A model generated the notes under the pieces. That model was not told the origin of the DNA. It did no database searches and saw only the letters and a program-made list of their open reading frames with translations. The position numbers were made by a program, and so were the translations under genes. From Octopus sinensis (lineage: Eukaryota), in contig NC_043015.1 in the NCBI RefSeq assembly GCF_006345805.1, positions 25,606,001 through 25,670,000 of the forward strand: DNA of 64,000 nucleotides, in the 5' to 3' direction. This document shows positions 1 to 14,018 of this stretch, piece after piece (position 1 is the first letter of the stretch; every line of letters begins with the position of its first letter).

Positions 1-150
1 TGTTTTTCATCCCGCAGAGTGACCAATAAACACCCTCCTCACCAAGCTAGCTTGGTGGGGTTGCCGGTTTAGTCGCCGACGACCCGACCGTGCAACAGGT
101 TGTACTGGGTTACATGTTACCAGTAGCACTCGAAAGTGACCTGACATTAC
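1..150 (-). mobile_element. 5' end (leader) of an RTE-clade LINE copy, running off the left edge of the window
   Basis: The reverse complement of 1-112 aligns with 17538-17655 (aacccagtacaacctgttgca.ggtcgggtcgtcggcg.ctaaaccggcaaccccaccaagct.gcttggtgagg...ggatgaaaaaca). It extends about 35 nt further 5' than the 17.5 kb copy and abuts a (TACA)n/(TA)n tract. Confidence 0.85.
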
Positions 151-177
151 ATACATACATACATAATATACATACAT

Positions 178-261
<84 letters not shown>

Positions 262-296
262 ATGCATGCATATATTTACACACACGCACATTCATG

Positions 297-348
<52 letters not shown>

Positions 349-1907
349 ATACAGTACTATGGAATATATCTATAGAGTCTTGTTTAAGAAACACTATATT
401 GCTTACGTTTGCGTTGTTTTGTTCACAATCAATTTACTTGTAAACTCCCTATTATAACTGGCTAAAGTAAACTAGATAGTAAACTTGCATATATAACATG
501 TCCTGGGCAGCTAATTCGAATACTAAACTACTAGCAAGTTCTTTGTAAATTTGTCACACTTTGCTTTATTACACACACAAACTTATGGACGTCAACAGAT
601 GATTTTAAAATCGTTCCTTTCAATTTCCACCTCACCACAACAACCCCTTCCGACCCTTAAAACAATCCCAACCACACCCAAAAGTAATTTACCTCATACT
701 CTGTGGTAGCTATTTCTAATCTCAATCCAAGTTACATAATTCTAGTGTGCAAAATTGATCTTTCAATATTTTTCGTAGCACGATTTCAATGCTATAATGT
801 ATTATTGATTATATACAGGGATTGTATAAACCAACAACGAATATGAATACATTTGATGCGTAAGCATGAATTTTTTTTAAAATCAAATAAAAAAAAGAAT
901 TCAAGCATTTATAAAATGTTCAAATATCGTCGGAAATCGGAAATTAATCCTAAAATTTGACACAGGACAGGAGGAAGGCTGAAACATTAATTTTCAAATA
1001 TACGTAAAGTTTAAAATTGATTCTGTATAAAAAGAATAATATTTATTAAATGATAGACCTCATCCTGTTTTTGGTTGATGAAAAGGAGTTTTTAGGGAAA
1101 TTTTAGTAGTTTATAATCTACTTTAAAACTGGATGAAAATTCTAACATCCATTCCATTCACCTTGGTAAACATTTAATATTTTCATATGAAAAAATTGTT
1201 GAATATAAAGCAGTCTGGATACAAGATTATATATATATATATATATATATAAACGTGTGCGTATGCTGTATGTGTATTTGTGCGTGTTTGTATAATTGTA
1301 TATTACACATGCACACAGTGTAAAAATCGAGTCCATGAATGACAAAATTCAGGGTGTCGTATATTTGTGAATAGAGCAGTTATATTAGTTAATCATGTAA
1401 TACAATATTATAGCTCCATTTCAGACGATTTACGAATCGGTTTCATACTTGAAAGTTTGAGAAAGACTAGTCTCAATATTCGTCAGAGAGGTTTGTATGG
1501 AAACTATGGTGGCACCTTTTGTCACTGGAGTTCAGAAAGTGCCTAAAAAACTCGGAACGAAAGAACAGCAGGAAAAAATACAGAGGAAACTTTTGCTCCT
1601 TAGTGTTATGTCCTTTGGATTAGAATCAGATTACAAAGAGCCGGCATTAAGTATGAAGTAAATGCTTGAAGATTGGGATAGGGGCTTACATGAGGGTATC
1701 TTGCGCTTGGTGTATGCGTGCGGCGGAGTGGGAAGTCGGGGTCGGGATTGTGTGTTTCGATATAAAAAAAAAACAGAATGTGGTAAACCTTATGTGAAAC
1801 CCTCAGATCGTGATGAGAGCAAATGCTCATGAGGCAGCCTATGAGAACGGCACACACACATTAATTTGTTATTTGGTGGCTGAGAATGTTGTTGAAATAG
1901 CTATATA

Positions 1908-2070
1908 TTCTTTTCTTCTCAAAGCACAAGGCTCGGAATTTTGTGGGAGGGGGTCAGTCGATTAGATCGACCCTAGTACGCAACTGGTACTTATCGACTC
2001 CGAAAGGATGAAAGGCAAAGTCGACCTCGATGGAATTTGAACTCAGAACGTGCAGACAAATGAAATACCT
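1908..2070 (-). mobile_element. SINE family B fragment (central domain plus one tail type)
   Basis: Shares tcgaccccgaaaggatgaaaggcaaagtcgacctc...gaatttgaactcagaacg with the copies at 2071-2308, 4650-4830 and 27832-27958. Confidence 0.75.
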
Positions 2071-2308
2071 ATTTCTATTTCTTTACTACCCACAAGGGGC
2101 TAAACACAGAGAGGACAAACAAGGACAGACAAACGGATTAAGTCGATTATATCGACCCCAGTGCTTAACTGGTACTTAATTTATCGACCCCGAAAGGATG
2201 AAAAGCAAAGTTGACCTCGGCGGAATTTGAACTCAGAACGTAACGGCAGATGAAATACCGCTAAGCATTTCGCCCGGCGTGCTAACGTTTCTGCCAGCTC
2301 AACGCCTT
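2071..2308 (-). mobile_element. SINE family B, near-complete copy (tRNA-like head ggcg..gagctggcagaaacgttagcacgccgggcg)
   Basis: A-box-like and B-box-like (gagttcaaattcc) head on the minus strand, central domain gcttttcatcctttcggggtcgataaattaagtaccag, and multiple homologous copies in the window. Confidence 0.85.
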
Positions 2309-2412
2309 GAAATAGCTTTATATTAAAATAACAGTATCTTCCCCACTTATCTATCTTTTCTCTCACGATTCAGTGACTCTTACTTACAAAACAAAAGTTT
2401 ACACTTTGTCTC

Positions 2413-2520
2413 ATAGCAAAATCGACCTCGGCGGAATTTGGACTCAGAACACAAAGACAGGCGATCTACCGCGAAGCATTTCGCCCAGTGTGCTGACGTT
2501 TCTGGCAGCTCGCCGCCTTT
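2413..2520 (-). mobile_element. SINE family B head fragment
   Basis: The reverse complement starts aaggcggcgagctgccagaaacgtcagcacactgggcgaaatgc, matching the 2071-2308 head. Confidence 0.75.
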
Positions 2521-2959
2521 GCAAGGAACATCATTCGCATGATATAATGGTTCTGCCTGCTCAGTGCCTCAGATTATAGCGTATGTTGTAATCTATATAG
2601 TAATATAACAATACCTTCTTTTTACCTGGCATTTGTCACACTCAAGAAATTTTATTCTAATGAAGAAACAATTTTACTCACAAAACTGTTTGTATTTATA
2701 CGAAAGGAACAATAGAAATGTATTTTTATGAAATACGTTAAAGAATTAATAAAGTTGCTCACAAAGGTAATAATGCTGTTATAGATACAATGATAAGTGA
2801 AAACTAGGACTCGTAAATAACACTTCTAAGTTATTACTGAGAAAATAGAATAAGATGTTTTCATTACTTATGTTCTTATGCCTATCTAAAGTCAAATGAC
2901 ATTTATTAATAATAAACCCATTTAATTGACGGAGTTGTTTGCTATAAATTATATTTTGA

Positions 2960-3335
2960 GAAAGACTGAGAGAGCAATAGTGAAATAAATGTGTAGTGTG
3001 AGGCTGTTTGATAAGGGGAGGACTGAGGAGTTGGAGGAATTAATGGAACAGCTGGCAAGGGCGAATGGAGTGCAGTGGTATGGGCATGTGTTGAGGAAGG
3101 GATGAGGAGCATGTTCTGAAGAGGGTGCTGGAGTTTGAGGTGAATGGACAGTGAGAGCGAGGTAGACTGAGGAAAATGTGGAGGGGACAGTTGGAGGAGG
3201 TTGGAAAGGTTGGCTTGAGAAAGGAGGACGCCCCAAACCGGGCAAGACGGCGAGATGGTGCGAGAGCGGTTGCTATGGCATTGAGGTAGATCCGGCGACC
3301 TCCGTTAACAGGGACAAAACCCGGATTCAAAATGT
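2960..3335 (+). mobile_element. 5'-truncated, decayed 3' end of an RTE-clade LINE (different family from the 17.5 kb element)
   Basis: Translates across frameshifts to ...QWYGHVLR...EEHVLKRVLEFEVNGQ.ERGR..KMW, the typical RTE post-RT motif (RLRWFGHV.R...RGRP...W). A (TG)n tract follows. Confidence 0.7.
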
Positions 3336-3370
3336 AGGCATGTTGCATGAAGGTATGTGTGTGTATGTGT

Positions 3371-3446
<76 letters not shown>

Positions 3447-3448
3447 TA

Positions 3449-3663
3449 CAAGTGGGTGCTGAAAAGTTCGTGGCTTTAAGAGTATGACGAAAAACATAAT
3501 TGGAATTCTTTTACATGGCTTACAGAAACTGAAAGACTGCTGTAGTAAGCGTGTGAATCTGAGAGGGAAATATGTTGAATAAAATCATAATTAGCTGATC
3601 CGCCAGCATTTCTTTTTTTCTTTTTTACCCAAAGCCAGAAAATTTTCAGCACCCCCCACCCCC
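3449..3663. mobile_element. Mariner-derived MITE
   Basis: Inverted ends gggtgctgaaaagtt (3454-3468) and aattttcagcaccc (~3641-3654), TA flanks, and an internal remnant of the transposase C-terminus (KRVNLRGKYVE*). Confidence 0.6.
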
Positions 3664-4289
3664 ATATATATGTATAAATTGTTTGAAGTGATGTACAAAT
3701 TTCATATATTAAGAAAAAAGAATTAGCAAGTATTTTGGACAATTGTTTATTTAGCGCTTTCGTCTCTGTTCTGAGAATCCAGAAAACAGGTAGAAATACT
3801 AAATAAGTGGTTATATTTGCCTGCTATTAGTTGCAACTCAGGGATCACGTGACTATTCATTCATTGGCTTATCATTATTCCTACTTTATCCCAGCCATCT
3901 GAATGCAAGAGGATTAAAGATGTTTACACCAGTCAAACGAAGATCTTTAAATGTCTCCAAAGAAGCATTGTTTAAGAATTTCACAGCCATGAGAGCTGAG
4001 TCAGAATACGAACCAGTGAGATATCACTGCAGGAATCATACACATCTAACCAACTACTAAAAAAATAATAACTAGCAGAGCCTATGGAAATTCCACAGAG
4101 TAAGTCAGCAAATTTGAAAACCTTATCTTTCAAAAAATTCTCTTGAAACCAGCCACTTGATCCAAACTGTACTTTCAAATACAACCGAAATTAACTTATA
4201 TGGTATTGCTTATTTTCCTTCTTTTAATATGTTTAACAGATATGATGCACTTTATAGGAAATAAAAGATGAATTAAGCGATAAAATTTA

Positions 4290-4328
<39 letters not shown>

Positions 4329-4423
4329 GCATATACATACATACGCACATATTTACATACGTACACACACATACCTAAATACATACATACATACATACAT
4401 GCATACATACATACATACATACA

Positions 4424-4457
<34 letters not shown>

Positions 4458-4649
4458 CATATATGTATGCATGCTTGTGTGTATGTATGTATGCATGTGT
4501 GTTTGTATGCCTATATAAACTACACTGTCCAGGGCTAAGTCAAAATTATTTACCAATTGAGAATTTTCTTTTTTTCTTTCTCATTTCGCTTCAGTTCAGG
4601 TCTGGAATATGAAAAGGATAAAAGTGTAACATCTTCAGTTATTTTAGCA

Positions 4650-4830
4650 CACGGCCAGCAGTCTCAAGGATGGGGTAAGTCGATTACATCGACCCCAGTG
4701 TTCAACTGTTACTTAATTTATCGACCCCGAAAAGATAAAAGGTAAGGTCAACCTTAGCGAAATTTGAACTTTGATCGAAAAAGACGGACACAAGTTTGTC
4801 CTACTAGCAATTCTGCTAACTCCCCGACTT
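4650..4830 (-). mobile_element. SINE family B degenerate copy
   Basis: agtcgattacatcgaccccagtg...atttatcgaccccgaaaagataaaa matches family B. Confidence 0.7.
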
Positions 4831-6570
4831 AATAAGGCTGATGATAATAATAATGATAATGAAAGGTAAATGTGAACATCAGCGAGATTTAAGATAATGG
4901 TTTCTGATTTTCGAATGCGATCAGAAAGTTGGTTTTAGAGGCTGTGTAATACCTAGAATATTACTGGTACTCTTGTAGTGGAACCCAGTTTATAGACGGG
5001 TACTTGTAAGATAGAACATTATTATTGACAAAACGGCTCGTTTCAAAATCTCAACCATCAAACAAAAGAGGGAAATATCAATCAAATTTAAGGGAATGAA
5101 AACAATAAAAAAATTTTAAATGAATAAAATAAAATAAAATTAAAAAAACACAGAAGTTTTGGTTTCAGAAATTACAGAAAATTAATCGACAGAGATTTCA
5201 CATCGGAACGAGGAATAGCGATAATGTTCAGGAAATTGGACAACAGCAGCATCAACAACATCTTCCACATCTTTCCCTTCCCCACCAGCATCATCAGCTT
5301 CTGCAGCTAAAACCATATCACCATCAGCATCAGCAGCAGCAGCAACAACAACAACAACAACAACATCAGCTGCAACAACCACAATGACATCGCAACATCT
5401 TATCGAAAGGAATGCTTGAATGTCGGTGTCATTTGCAATAAATTTCAGTGTGTGGTCAAGAAAATTTGCTTCTCAACCACGCGGTACCGGATTCGGTCCT
5501 TCTGCAAGGACGCATACATGTAAATCTGATAAGCTTTTGAAAACCAATGTACAAAGCAGGAGGCATCTCAATCAAAACATGCAAGACGATAGCAAGGAAT
5601 GAAAAGAAGGATAAAGGTACCGTGCTACCATGCAAATGTTGAATAATGATTTTATAATAATTCGGGGGGAAACTTCCCTTTTCAAATACAAGAAATAAAA
5701 ATTATCGCAGGGCCTGGAAAAGGCAACCGTGTAGAGGGCGCCTGTTGGCTCTCTTAACCAATATTTATACTAGAGACGTTTTTAACCCGCTTTTTATTTC
5801 CATGTCATCGACAAAGCCGTCGTCGTCATCATCTTTTTCCACCCAACCACTGACTCCTCTTCACCTTCTTCTTAATTATCTCCATCAAAATGGTTATCAC
5901 CTTGCACCTCCTAAATTTCCACTTGCTATCATTTTTATTTTGTTTCTTCTATCAGGAAGTTACCGCTGTTCTATAATACTTGACTAAGCAGGATTTTGAA
6001 AGCAGATTGCACAGAACCGAATATAAATACCACATGTCACTTTATTCGACGCTAGGCCAATTCAGTAAGGTAAATACCAATCTTCTGCTCAAGATTTGTA
6101 CTTTAATTATCGATTACCGAAAGATAAAAAGCAAAGAAGATCTCAGCATGATATGAACACAGAGAAGAGAGAACCAGAACGAATATAAACCCAAAATATC
6201 TTACGCAATGACTGAACGGAACCAAGGACAATTCAGTGTGCTGGTTGCGAAAAAGGACGACTATCAGTGCCGCGATGCGAACGCCAACCCATTAAATATG
6301 TTGTAAGCTGTTTACAATTACTATCTGCAACTAGAGACTGGAAGTCTCCACTTCATATATGTTATTAAAAGATATTCAAACGTGATAATGGTATTTATTT
6401 ATTTATCTATTTATATATTTATTTGTTTATTTTTCATTGAATCTCAAGTGTTTGTTAGAAAACCCAGTTAGAAAACGATATTCTACGTTTTTAAATTCTA
6501 TATCTGCTTCCGCAGAACAGAAAATACTTTTAACATTTTGGAAAATAAAATGTTCTATTTTTTGCATAGG

Positions 6571-6634
<64 letters not shown>

Positions 6635-7162
6635 CGCACACACACGCACACACAAACATGTATATATATTTCCGCTTGTACACACACACACACACACACT
6701 ATATGTTTGTTGTTTTTGCACGGTTGATATGTTGATCTTGCTTAAAATAAGGAGTGGAGTAAGCAAAGTGTGGGGTGAAAAAAAAAAACCGAATGCTTCA
6801 CATTAGTTGATGGAGAAAGATATAAATAAAATGAAAAAAAATGTGTTGTTTGTTAAAGATAACTTAGTTAAAATGTTTTACTTATTTTTTCTTTTTCTTC
6901 TCTTGTTTGGTTGATTCTTTATAAGAAAGGTGAGAAAGTAAAGCAACGTTTATTTTTTACATTAAAATTAAAAACAGTTTTATACTTCTCGACACTGTTT
7001 TGATAAAAATTTTCTGTTCTGACTCTTCATTTAAAAGCCAACATCAACCAACAGAAAAATAGATCTAAAAGATTTCATAAATAAGAACTGAAAAAATATG
7101 TATAAATACACACACGCACACACCTATATATATATATATATAATATATATATATATATAGAT

Positions 7163-7211
<49 letters not shown>

Positions 7212-7293
7212 AAGGGATAAAGAAAGAAATGAAATAAAAATGAACGGATGATATATATGTAATATATATAAACATATAATGCACACTCGCGCA

Positions 7294-7365
<72 letters not shown>

Positions 7366-7963
7366 ATATATATACGCATACATACATACATAATATACAT
7401 GCATACATAATATATACACACACATACATTATATATATATATGTGGCTAATAGCTCTTGTTGAAAGATTTGTTGAAGCTCTATTTCACATGAGATAGAAA
7501 ATGGAATCCACAAAAGCAAGTAACAACATAGCAGCTTCTTTATCGTGATATCTCTAAATAAACAACACCAACCGGAACAATTTCGATAGCATACTCAAAG
7601 GTATTTTTCAAGACAGCAGAGTAAAATTCCAAAGTTAGTTTGGCTGCAAATTCTTCCTGATCGAAAGACTACCGAGAAGACTGGTATTGGAAGGAGTTCC
7701 AAAATATTGTAAGAGAAAGGAAGATTAAAAAAAAAATATGAGGAAAGATGGGATACAGTGTGTCCTTATAGAGAACTTGGAGAGCGTTTGACTGAGCTGG
7801 AATCGTGTCTAAATGGAACTGCAAGTATTCGGTGTAGATATAGGCAATATCTTACTGTCTCTGATTTGAAGTTACAGTAAAAGAATAATAGAATTTCGTT
7901 CAAGAATAAACAGAAGCACTAGACTAAATAAACAGACACACAAACACACACACGCACACACAC

Positions 7964-8042
<79 letters not shown>

Positions 8043-8390
8043 AAAGGATGCTGGACTTCTCGCCTGTAGATCACAATAGAATGCAACAAACTTTCAGACT
8101 CAATGAAACAATATCCTTTACAGAAAAACTGTATTGAACTCTATCTCAATTGTCATACATAAATTAGCATACATACATGTCAACATACATATACAAATGC
8201 ATACACATGTACATACAAGCATACTTCGATTGACACACATCCACATATATTGTACGTATGAGGATATATGATGATAACAGGTTTGGTTGAAAATATGACA
8301 ATGAGGAAGATAAGGACAAAGAAAACGAAACCGATAATTCTGTATTGTTTTGATATAATATAATAAATATTAATATGAATATTAATATTA

Positions 8391-8590
8391 GGGCGGTGAG
8401 CTGGCAACATCGTTAGCACGACGGGCGAAATACTTAGCGACATCACGTCCGTCTTTACGTTCTGAGATCACCTTCTGCAGAGGTTGACTTTGCTGCTCAT
8501 CCTTGCGAGATCGATAAAGTAGGTACCAGTTGAACAATGGGGGTTGGTCTAATCCATTTAACCTCTCCCTACCAACTTGCTGGGCTTGTA
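8391..8590 (+). mobile_element. SINE family B copy
   Basis: gggcggtgagctggcaacatcgttagcacgacgggcgaaatacttagcg...ttgactttgctgctcatccttgcgagatcgataaagtaggtaccag. Confidence 0.75.
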
Positions 8591-8804
8591 CCAAACTTTT
8601 AAAACAATATGAATATCAATATGTATCAATATATGATGCAGCATAGAATTTTGTCAGTAAACAGGTCGCGGTTTCGAAGCGACGAAAATATTTTGACAAA
8701 TCAAATTTAAATGTTGGAGTGAATCTAACGGTTTTAGTGTGGTTTTAAATGGCTTATAAACACCTTCCACGCTGCAATTCTTTATATATATATGTATTTA
8801 TGAA

Positions 8805-8892
<88 letters not shown>

Positions 8893-8918
8893 ACGCAGGA
8901 GAAAGAGAGAGGTGAGAA

Positions 8919-8957
<39 letters not shown>

Positions 8958-9127
8958 AGAGAAAGGGAAAGATATTGATTTGGACGACAACCAGAATTTT
9001 CTCTCCATCTATATTATCCTGCAATGGGATAATGATATGAATGACAAAATTCATTTCATATAATATATACATATCGATTTATTTATCTATTTCTGTGTAT
9101 ATGTACGTATATTATGTATTTGAATTC

Positions 9128-9176
<49 letters not shown>

Positions 9177-9665
9177 GTGTGTGTGTGAGACATATATATT
9201 TATACATTTTATACATTTTTACATATAAGGTATGTTTATGGATATATACAGATATGTACAGAATATATCACTTATAAGAGTAAATCTTAATGCCTATTAA
9301 TATATTTATGTGAAGCATTTTATACATGTGGTGTGTGCGTGTGTTTATATTTTCTATGTGTTATAAATAAATATATACAGCCACAAAAATGATAAAATAT
9401 AGAAAAACTAAAAAGAATAAGAAATTAACCATCCTGCCCTCAGTCACGTGTCTTTATTATCAACCGTAGCGAATATGTTTATATTCCCTTAACGTGCCTC
9501 AATTCCTGTGGTTTGCCGGGATATAATTATTTTTCTATTTATTTTCCTCATTGTAGTCATTGGAGCTATTTGTGTATGTGGTTGGTGTCGTTGTTCGTTT
9601 GATCATTGTTGTTATTTAGTGTGAGATATTCGCCCCTGTAATATGCTATATAGTAAACAGCATCT

Positions 9666-9920
9666 TTAAATGTATGATTCTTGGGAGCAGGGCTGGTCGT
9701 AGGGATGATGGAGCACCAGGCAAGCTGAACTTCGGCATGTACAAGCTGACGGTCGTGGAAATTTCTTTCTCTCTGTACGCCCCGCCTTGGCACCACCTAG
9801 CACTTTGCACCCCAGGCGACTGCCCGAGCTGCCGGTACTTTGAGCCGGCCCCGCTTGGGAGTTATGCATATTGAAGTCTTTACTCGTCAACCTGGTCGAT
9901 CGTCCACGTTCTACTGATCT
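9666..9920 (-). CDS. Candidate terminal coding exon of an unidentified host gene (RSVERGRSTRLTSKDFNMHNSQ...HHPYDQPCSQESYI*)
   Basis: A GC-rich island whose edges coincide with a splice acceptor (tgtctttatctccatgattgttttaacAG, AG at 9922-9921) and a TAA at 9668-9666. The frame is open for 84 codons in phase 0, and AATAAA occurs downstream on the minus strand (~9453-9458). No protein family recognised, and a competing plus-strand ORF (9620-9874) exists. Confidence 0.4.
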   Translation of the reverse strand, partial: RSVERGRSTRLTSKDFNMHNSQAGPAQSTGSSGSRLGCKVLGGAKAGRTERKKFPRPSACTCRSSACLVLHHPYDQPCSQESYI

Positions 9921-10987
9921 CTGTTAAAACAATCATGGAGATAAAGACACACAAATCGTTCTCATATACACATGCGTAGACCTATATACATATATACATG
10001 TTAACGCTTATATACACATGAATGCACATGACCGACATACAGAAAAACACGAACAGTCACACAAAAATGCAGACACACTCTCACAAACACACACACGCAC
10101 TTACATAGACATACATACACACAGAAAGACGCCATTTCAATTTATATTTCTTTCCCTTAATTCTATGTGAAACATTGTTGTCTGCCCTTAGTTTCTATCC
10201 AGTCATTTTTCTCTGAAGAGTGACTTTGTCCGAAGCGTTAAATCTGCTCACCACAGCAAATATACTGAACTACTTTTTATCAGTTTTGTTGCATGATAGA
10301 TGTCTTGCCGGCACAGATCATCATCAGCCTCTCTGGGGTCTTTGGAGTCTATTTAATCATTTATGCGCGCGAACATATGTGTGCGCGGTGTAGCAACGTA
10401 TCATACCTATGGGACATGTAGATCATGATGTGATTTGAAATGAGAATGCAAAGAGCTGCGACAACTGCACAAGGTACATCATCCAACGTTCCTAACAATG
10501 CCACCATTCCACTGTTCCAGAGTATTTATCAACCGTGGACGGATGACAGCAAAATCTCTCACGTCTCAGCGTTATCTCCTCTTGTCCCAGATTTATTTCA
10601 ATACGCTTGCGCACATCGCGCATACACATCAAATACGTATAATTTACCACACACAAACACTAAATAGATGGATCCCAGTCCCTTTCTTCCACGATTATTC
10701 CGGTATTCAATCAACAGAATTTCCTGCTGATTGAATTAACGAGGAACTAGGTGAGTATACCACGGACAAAGGAATGTCCACAAGTGAAACCAGCGTAGCA
10801 ACGCTGGATCATTAAAGTACAAAGTACTGGGCAATCTATTCGGCAGGCTTCCACACTGTTTCCGTTTATCATATTTCACTAACAAGGCTTGAGTCTTTCT
10901 AATGGGGAAAAGGTATTTGTATATCATCCAGGAAGATCGTGTCTGCGACCTCGTGATTGCGAAATAAACCTCTTCTGTCATTTGGAT

Positions 10988-11022
<35 letters not shown>

Positions 11023-12173
11023 GCACACATAAACACTCACACATATGCACACTTACCTTCCAAAATACACACGCACAACTTCACAGGTATATACATATTT
11101 CTTCACACACACGCGCGCACATACATACACACGCATGCACACACACACTCTTACAAGCAACGACTTTGTGACCACAAATAAAGTCAAATCGATTCAAAAG
11201 ATAATAGATATCGAATCGTAGCCGAGGAGACTTACCTCTTGTTCTTCAGCGCCTCTCTACTAATCCTCTAGATTATAATCATCCCCTCTAGCTATGAATA
11301 TAGCTCTGTGTCAATATCCTATCGATTATCGTTATTAGCTTTACTGATAAGATATAAAATTAACATCGGTGATTTACTCGTCTCCGCTTAATCTCCTTGA
11401 AATATTTGATGAAAGCGTTTAATCTTTAACTATATTCTATGCATCAACATGGCTCTTAGAGCCAATATGTTCCGTACAACACAGACAATTTCAATGTAAC
11501 AATCACTCGAGTATGACACCTCGCTAAAGATTAAGACTGACTAATACAGGAGAAAGATTAACGCTGATTAATAATGACATTCCAATTATTTTCGCAGGAT
11601 TAATGTCAGTCTTGCCATGTAATCCAAAAAAAAAAAAAGGTTAATTTCTCGTCGTTTATTTTGAGATCTACCGTTTACTAATAAGATTTGCTGGGACAGC
11701 CGCACAACTGCCGGACTTAGCTCGGTTTTGACGTTGGTAAAAATTTGCACAACACTGTGTCAGAGACGTTCTAGGCATGGCCATCCCGTCAATTTGTATA
11801 TCATTGACTGTCGTAATACAGAATAACGGTAAAGTCTAATGTGAAGGCAATTTGACAACTGTTTCTAACCAGCGAGGTGACTGCCTAGAATCCACGGAAG
11901 ATGGTCTCCAATCGGCGACATCAGAAAACAAGAATCTGTCATGGATGGTATGGAGAAAGCATAAAAGTAACATGGAACAAAATGAAAATTAATTAAAAAA
12001 AATTAAAAAGCTATAAAATCTAATAAAAAGTTGGTTTGTCAGAAGAGGAAGAAAATAATGGTAAAGGAATAAGTTGCATTAAGTCTAGATAATACTGAAG
12101 AATGGCGTAGTTAGGAGAGAATTACATTACGGAAGCGGAAACAACAATAATGTACAGCGTGCATATGCATATA

Positions 12174-12206
<33 letters not shown>

Positions 12207-12287
12207 ATACATACATATAAATATATATATTTGTATGTATCTATATATATATGTACTATATAGATGTATATATGTGTATGTATATGT

Positions 12288-12380
<93 letters not shown>

Positions 12381-12420
12381 AAGAGCGAGAGGGTGAGAGA
12401 GCAGATCCACACTCATCCAC

Positions 12421-12462
<42 letters not shown>

Positions 12463-12935
12463 ATACGTGTTGCCGTAGGTACCGTGTGTGTGTATCCCTG
12501 TCGGTATATGAATGTGCAGGGTGTATAAACATACAAACATACACACGTATGCATATATACATACATGTACACGCACGCACACACGTGTGTGTATACATAC
12601 ACACCCATAGAGACTCACACATATACACACACACAGATATATCCTCGTAAAGTTCTCTTCGGTCCTGCCTCCCTCTCATCATCGACGTCGATCAGTTAAC
12701 AAAGATGTCTTTTAAGGAGATATAGGCTTATTTCTTTGCCAGCGTCTTAATTGAATGTCAGAATGGAGGAAATCGTTTTCTAAAAAGGTTAAGCAGATTA
12801 CTTTTGTCTCTGAAACAAACCATTAGCGCACACAATACGACAGTGTATGTTTGTGTGTATGTACGTACGTATACATTTCCACACACATATGCAAACATAT
12901 TCACGTGCAAATCAATGCACATACACACACATATA

Positions 12936-12982
<47 letters not shown>

Positions 12983-13229
12983 TATACATATGCACATATA
13001 CATACATGAATATCATATATCAAAACTAAATGTATATATACACGAATACTTAGATACAATAGCATATATAATATATATAAGCATATATAATATAAATGTA
13101 TACATACTTACGCACACATTCACACATACATTTATAAATACATAGACACATACAAACATATATACATACATGAATACATATATAAGTATATGTCTGTATG
13201 TATACACACCCACAAGCACTCGCATAAGC

Positions 13230-13260
<31 letters not shown>

Positions 13261-13697
13261 CACAATATACACATATATATATATGTTTCTCATATAAATT
13301 TTCCTTCTCGTTTTTTTATAAGCTTTGTTTTTTTTACAATTCCTCCTTCCTTTCTTCTTATATTACGTTTTATTTTGTTTTTATTTTTTGCTTCTCAATC
13401 AATCTTGTGTTTATTGGCTCCATAAATCAAGTCAAATCACATCTGCAGTTCTATGAATGATGGTTACAAAACTATTAATAGTTTCTTCTATTTGATCCTC
13501 GTTCGATATCGTTGCTTTCTAGTAGAGCAGCACAAACAAGTCTTTAAATATTTCCGTATGGCTATATATATATATATTATATAATATATATAATATATAT
13601 ATTATATATATATATATATATATAATATATATATATATATTATATATATATATATATATGCATATGTGTATAAGCCTGTGCATGTGTAGTTATGTAT

Positions 13698-13765
<68 letters not shown>

Positions 13766-13942
13766 TGTGATGCACGTTTCTGCGCATGTGCGTGATTATA
13801 TATGTTTATGTGTATATATGTGTGTTTATACCGACACATACGCACACTCACATGCACGCACGCACACACACACATATATACGAACACACACATACGCTAA
13901 CATTTCATGAAACCATTGGTAGACTTTTTAACCCAAAATAAA

Positions 13943-14018
<76 letters not shown>

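Noticed and set aside
5225-5395. CAG/CAA/CAT-rich stretch translating to poly-Q/H or poly-T/A/S
   Set aside because: A degenerate trinucleotide repeat with no convincing splice sites or start. Similar tracts occur at 63840-64000.
5940-6000. Strong plus-strand acceptor (tttttattttgtttcttctatcAG)
   Set aside because: All three frames hit stops within about 30 nt. It could only be a non-coding exon, and there is no support for that.
11876-11948. Possible short plus-strand exon (RGDCLESTEDGLQSATSENKNLSWM)
   Set aside because: Isolated, weak donor and no recognisable similarity. Expected by chance in 64 kb.
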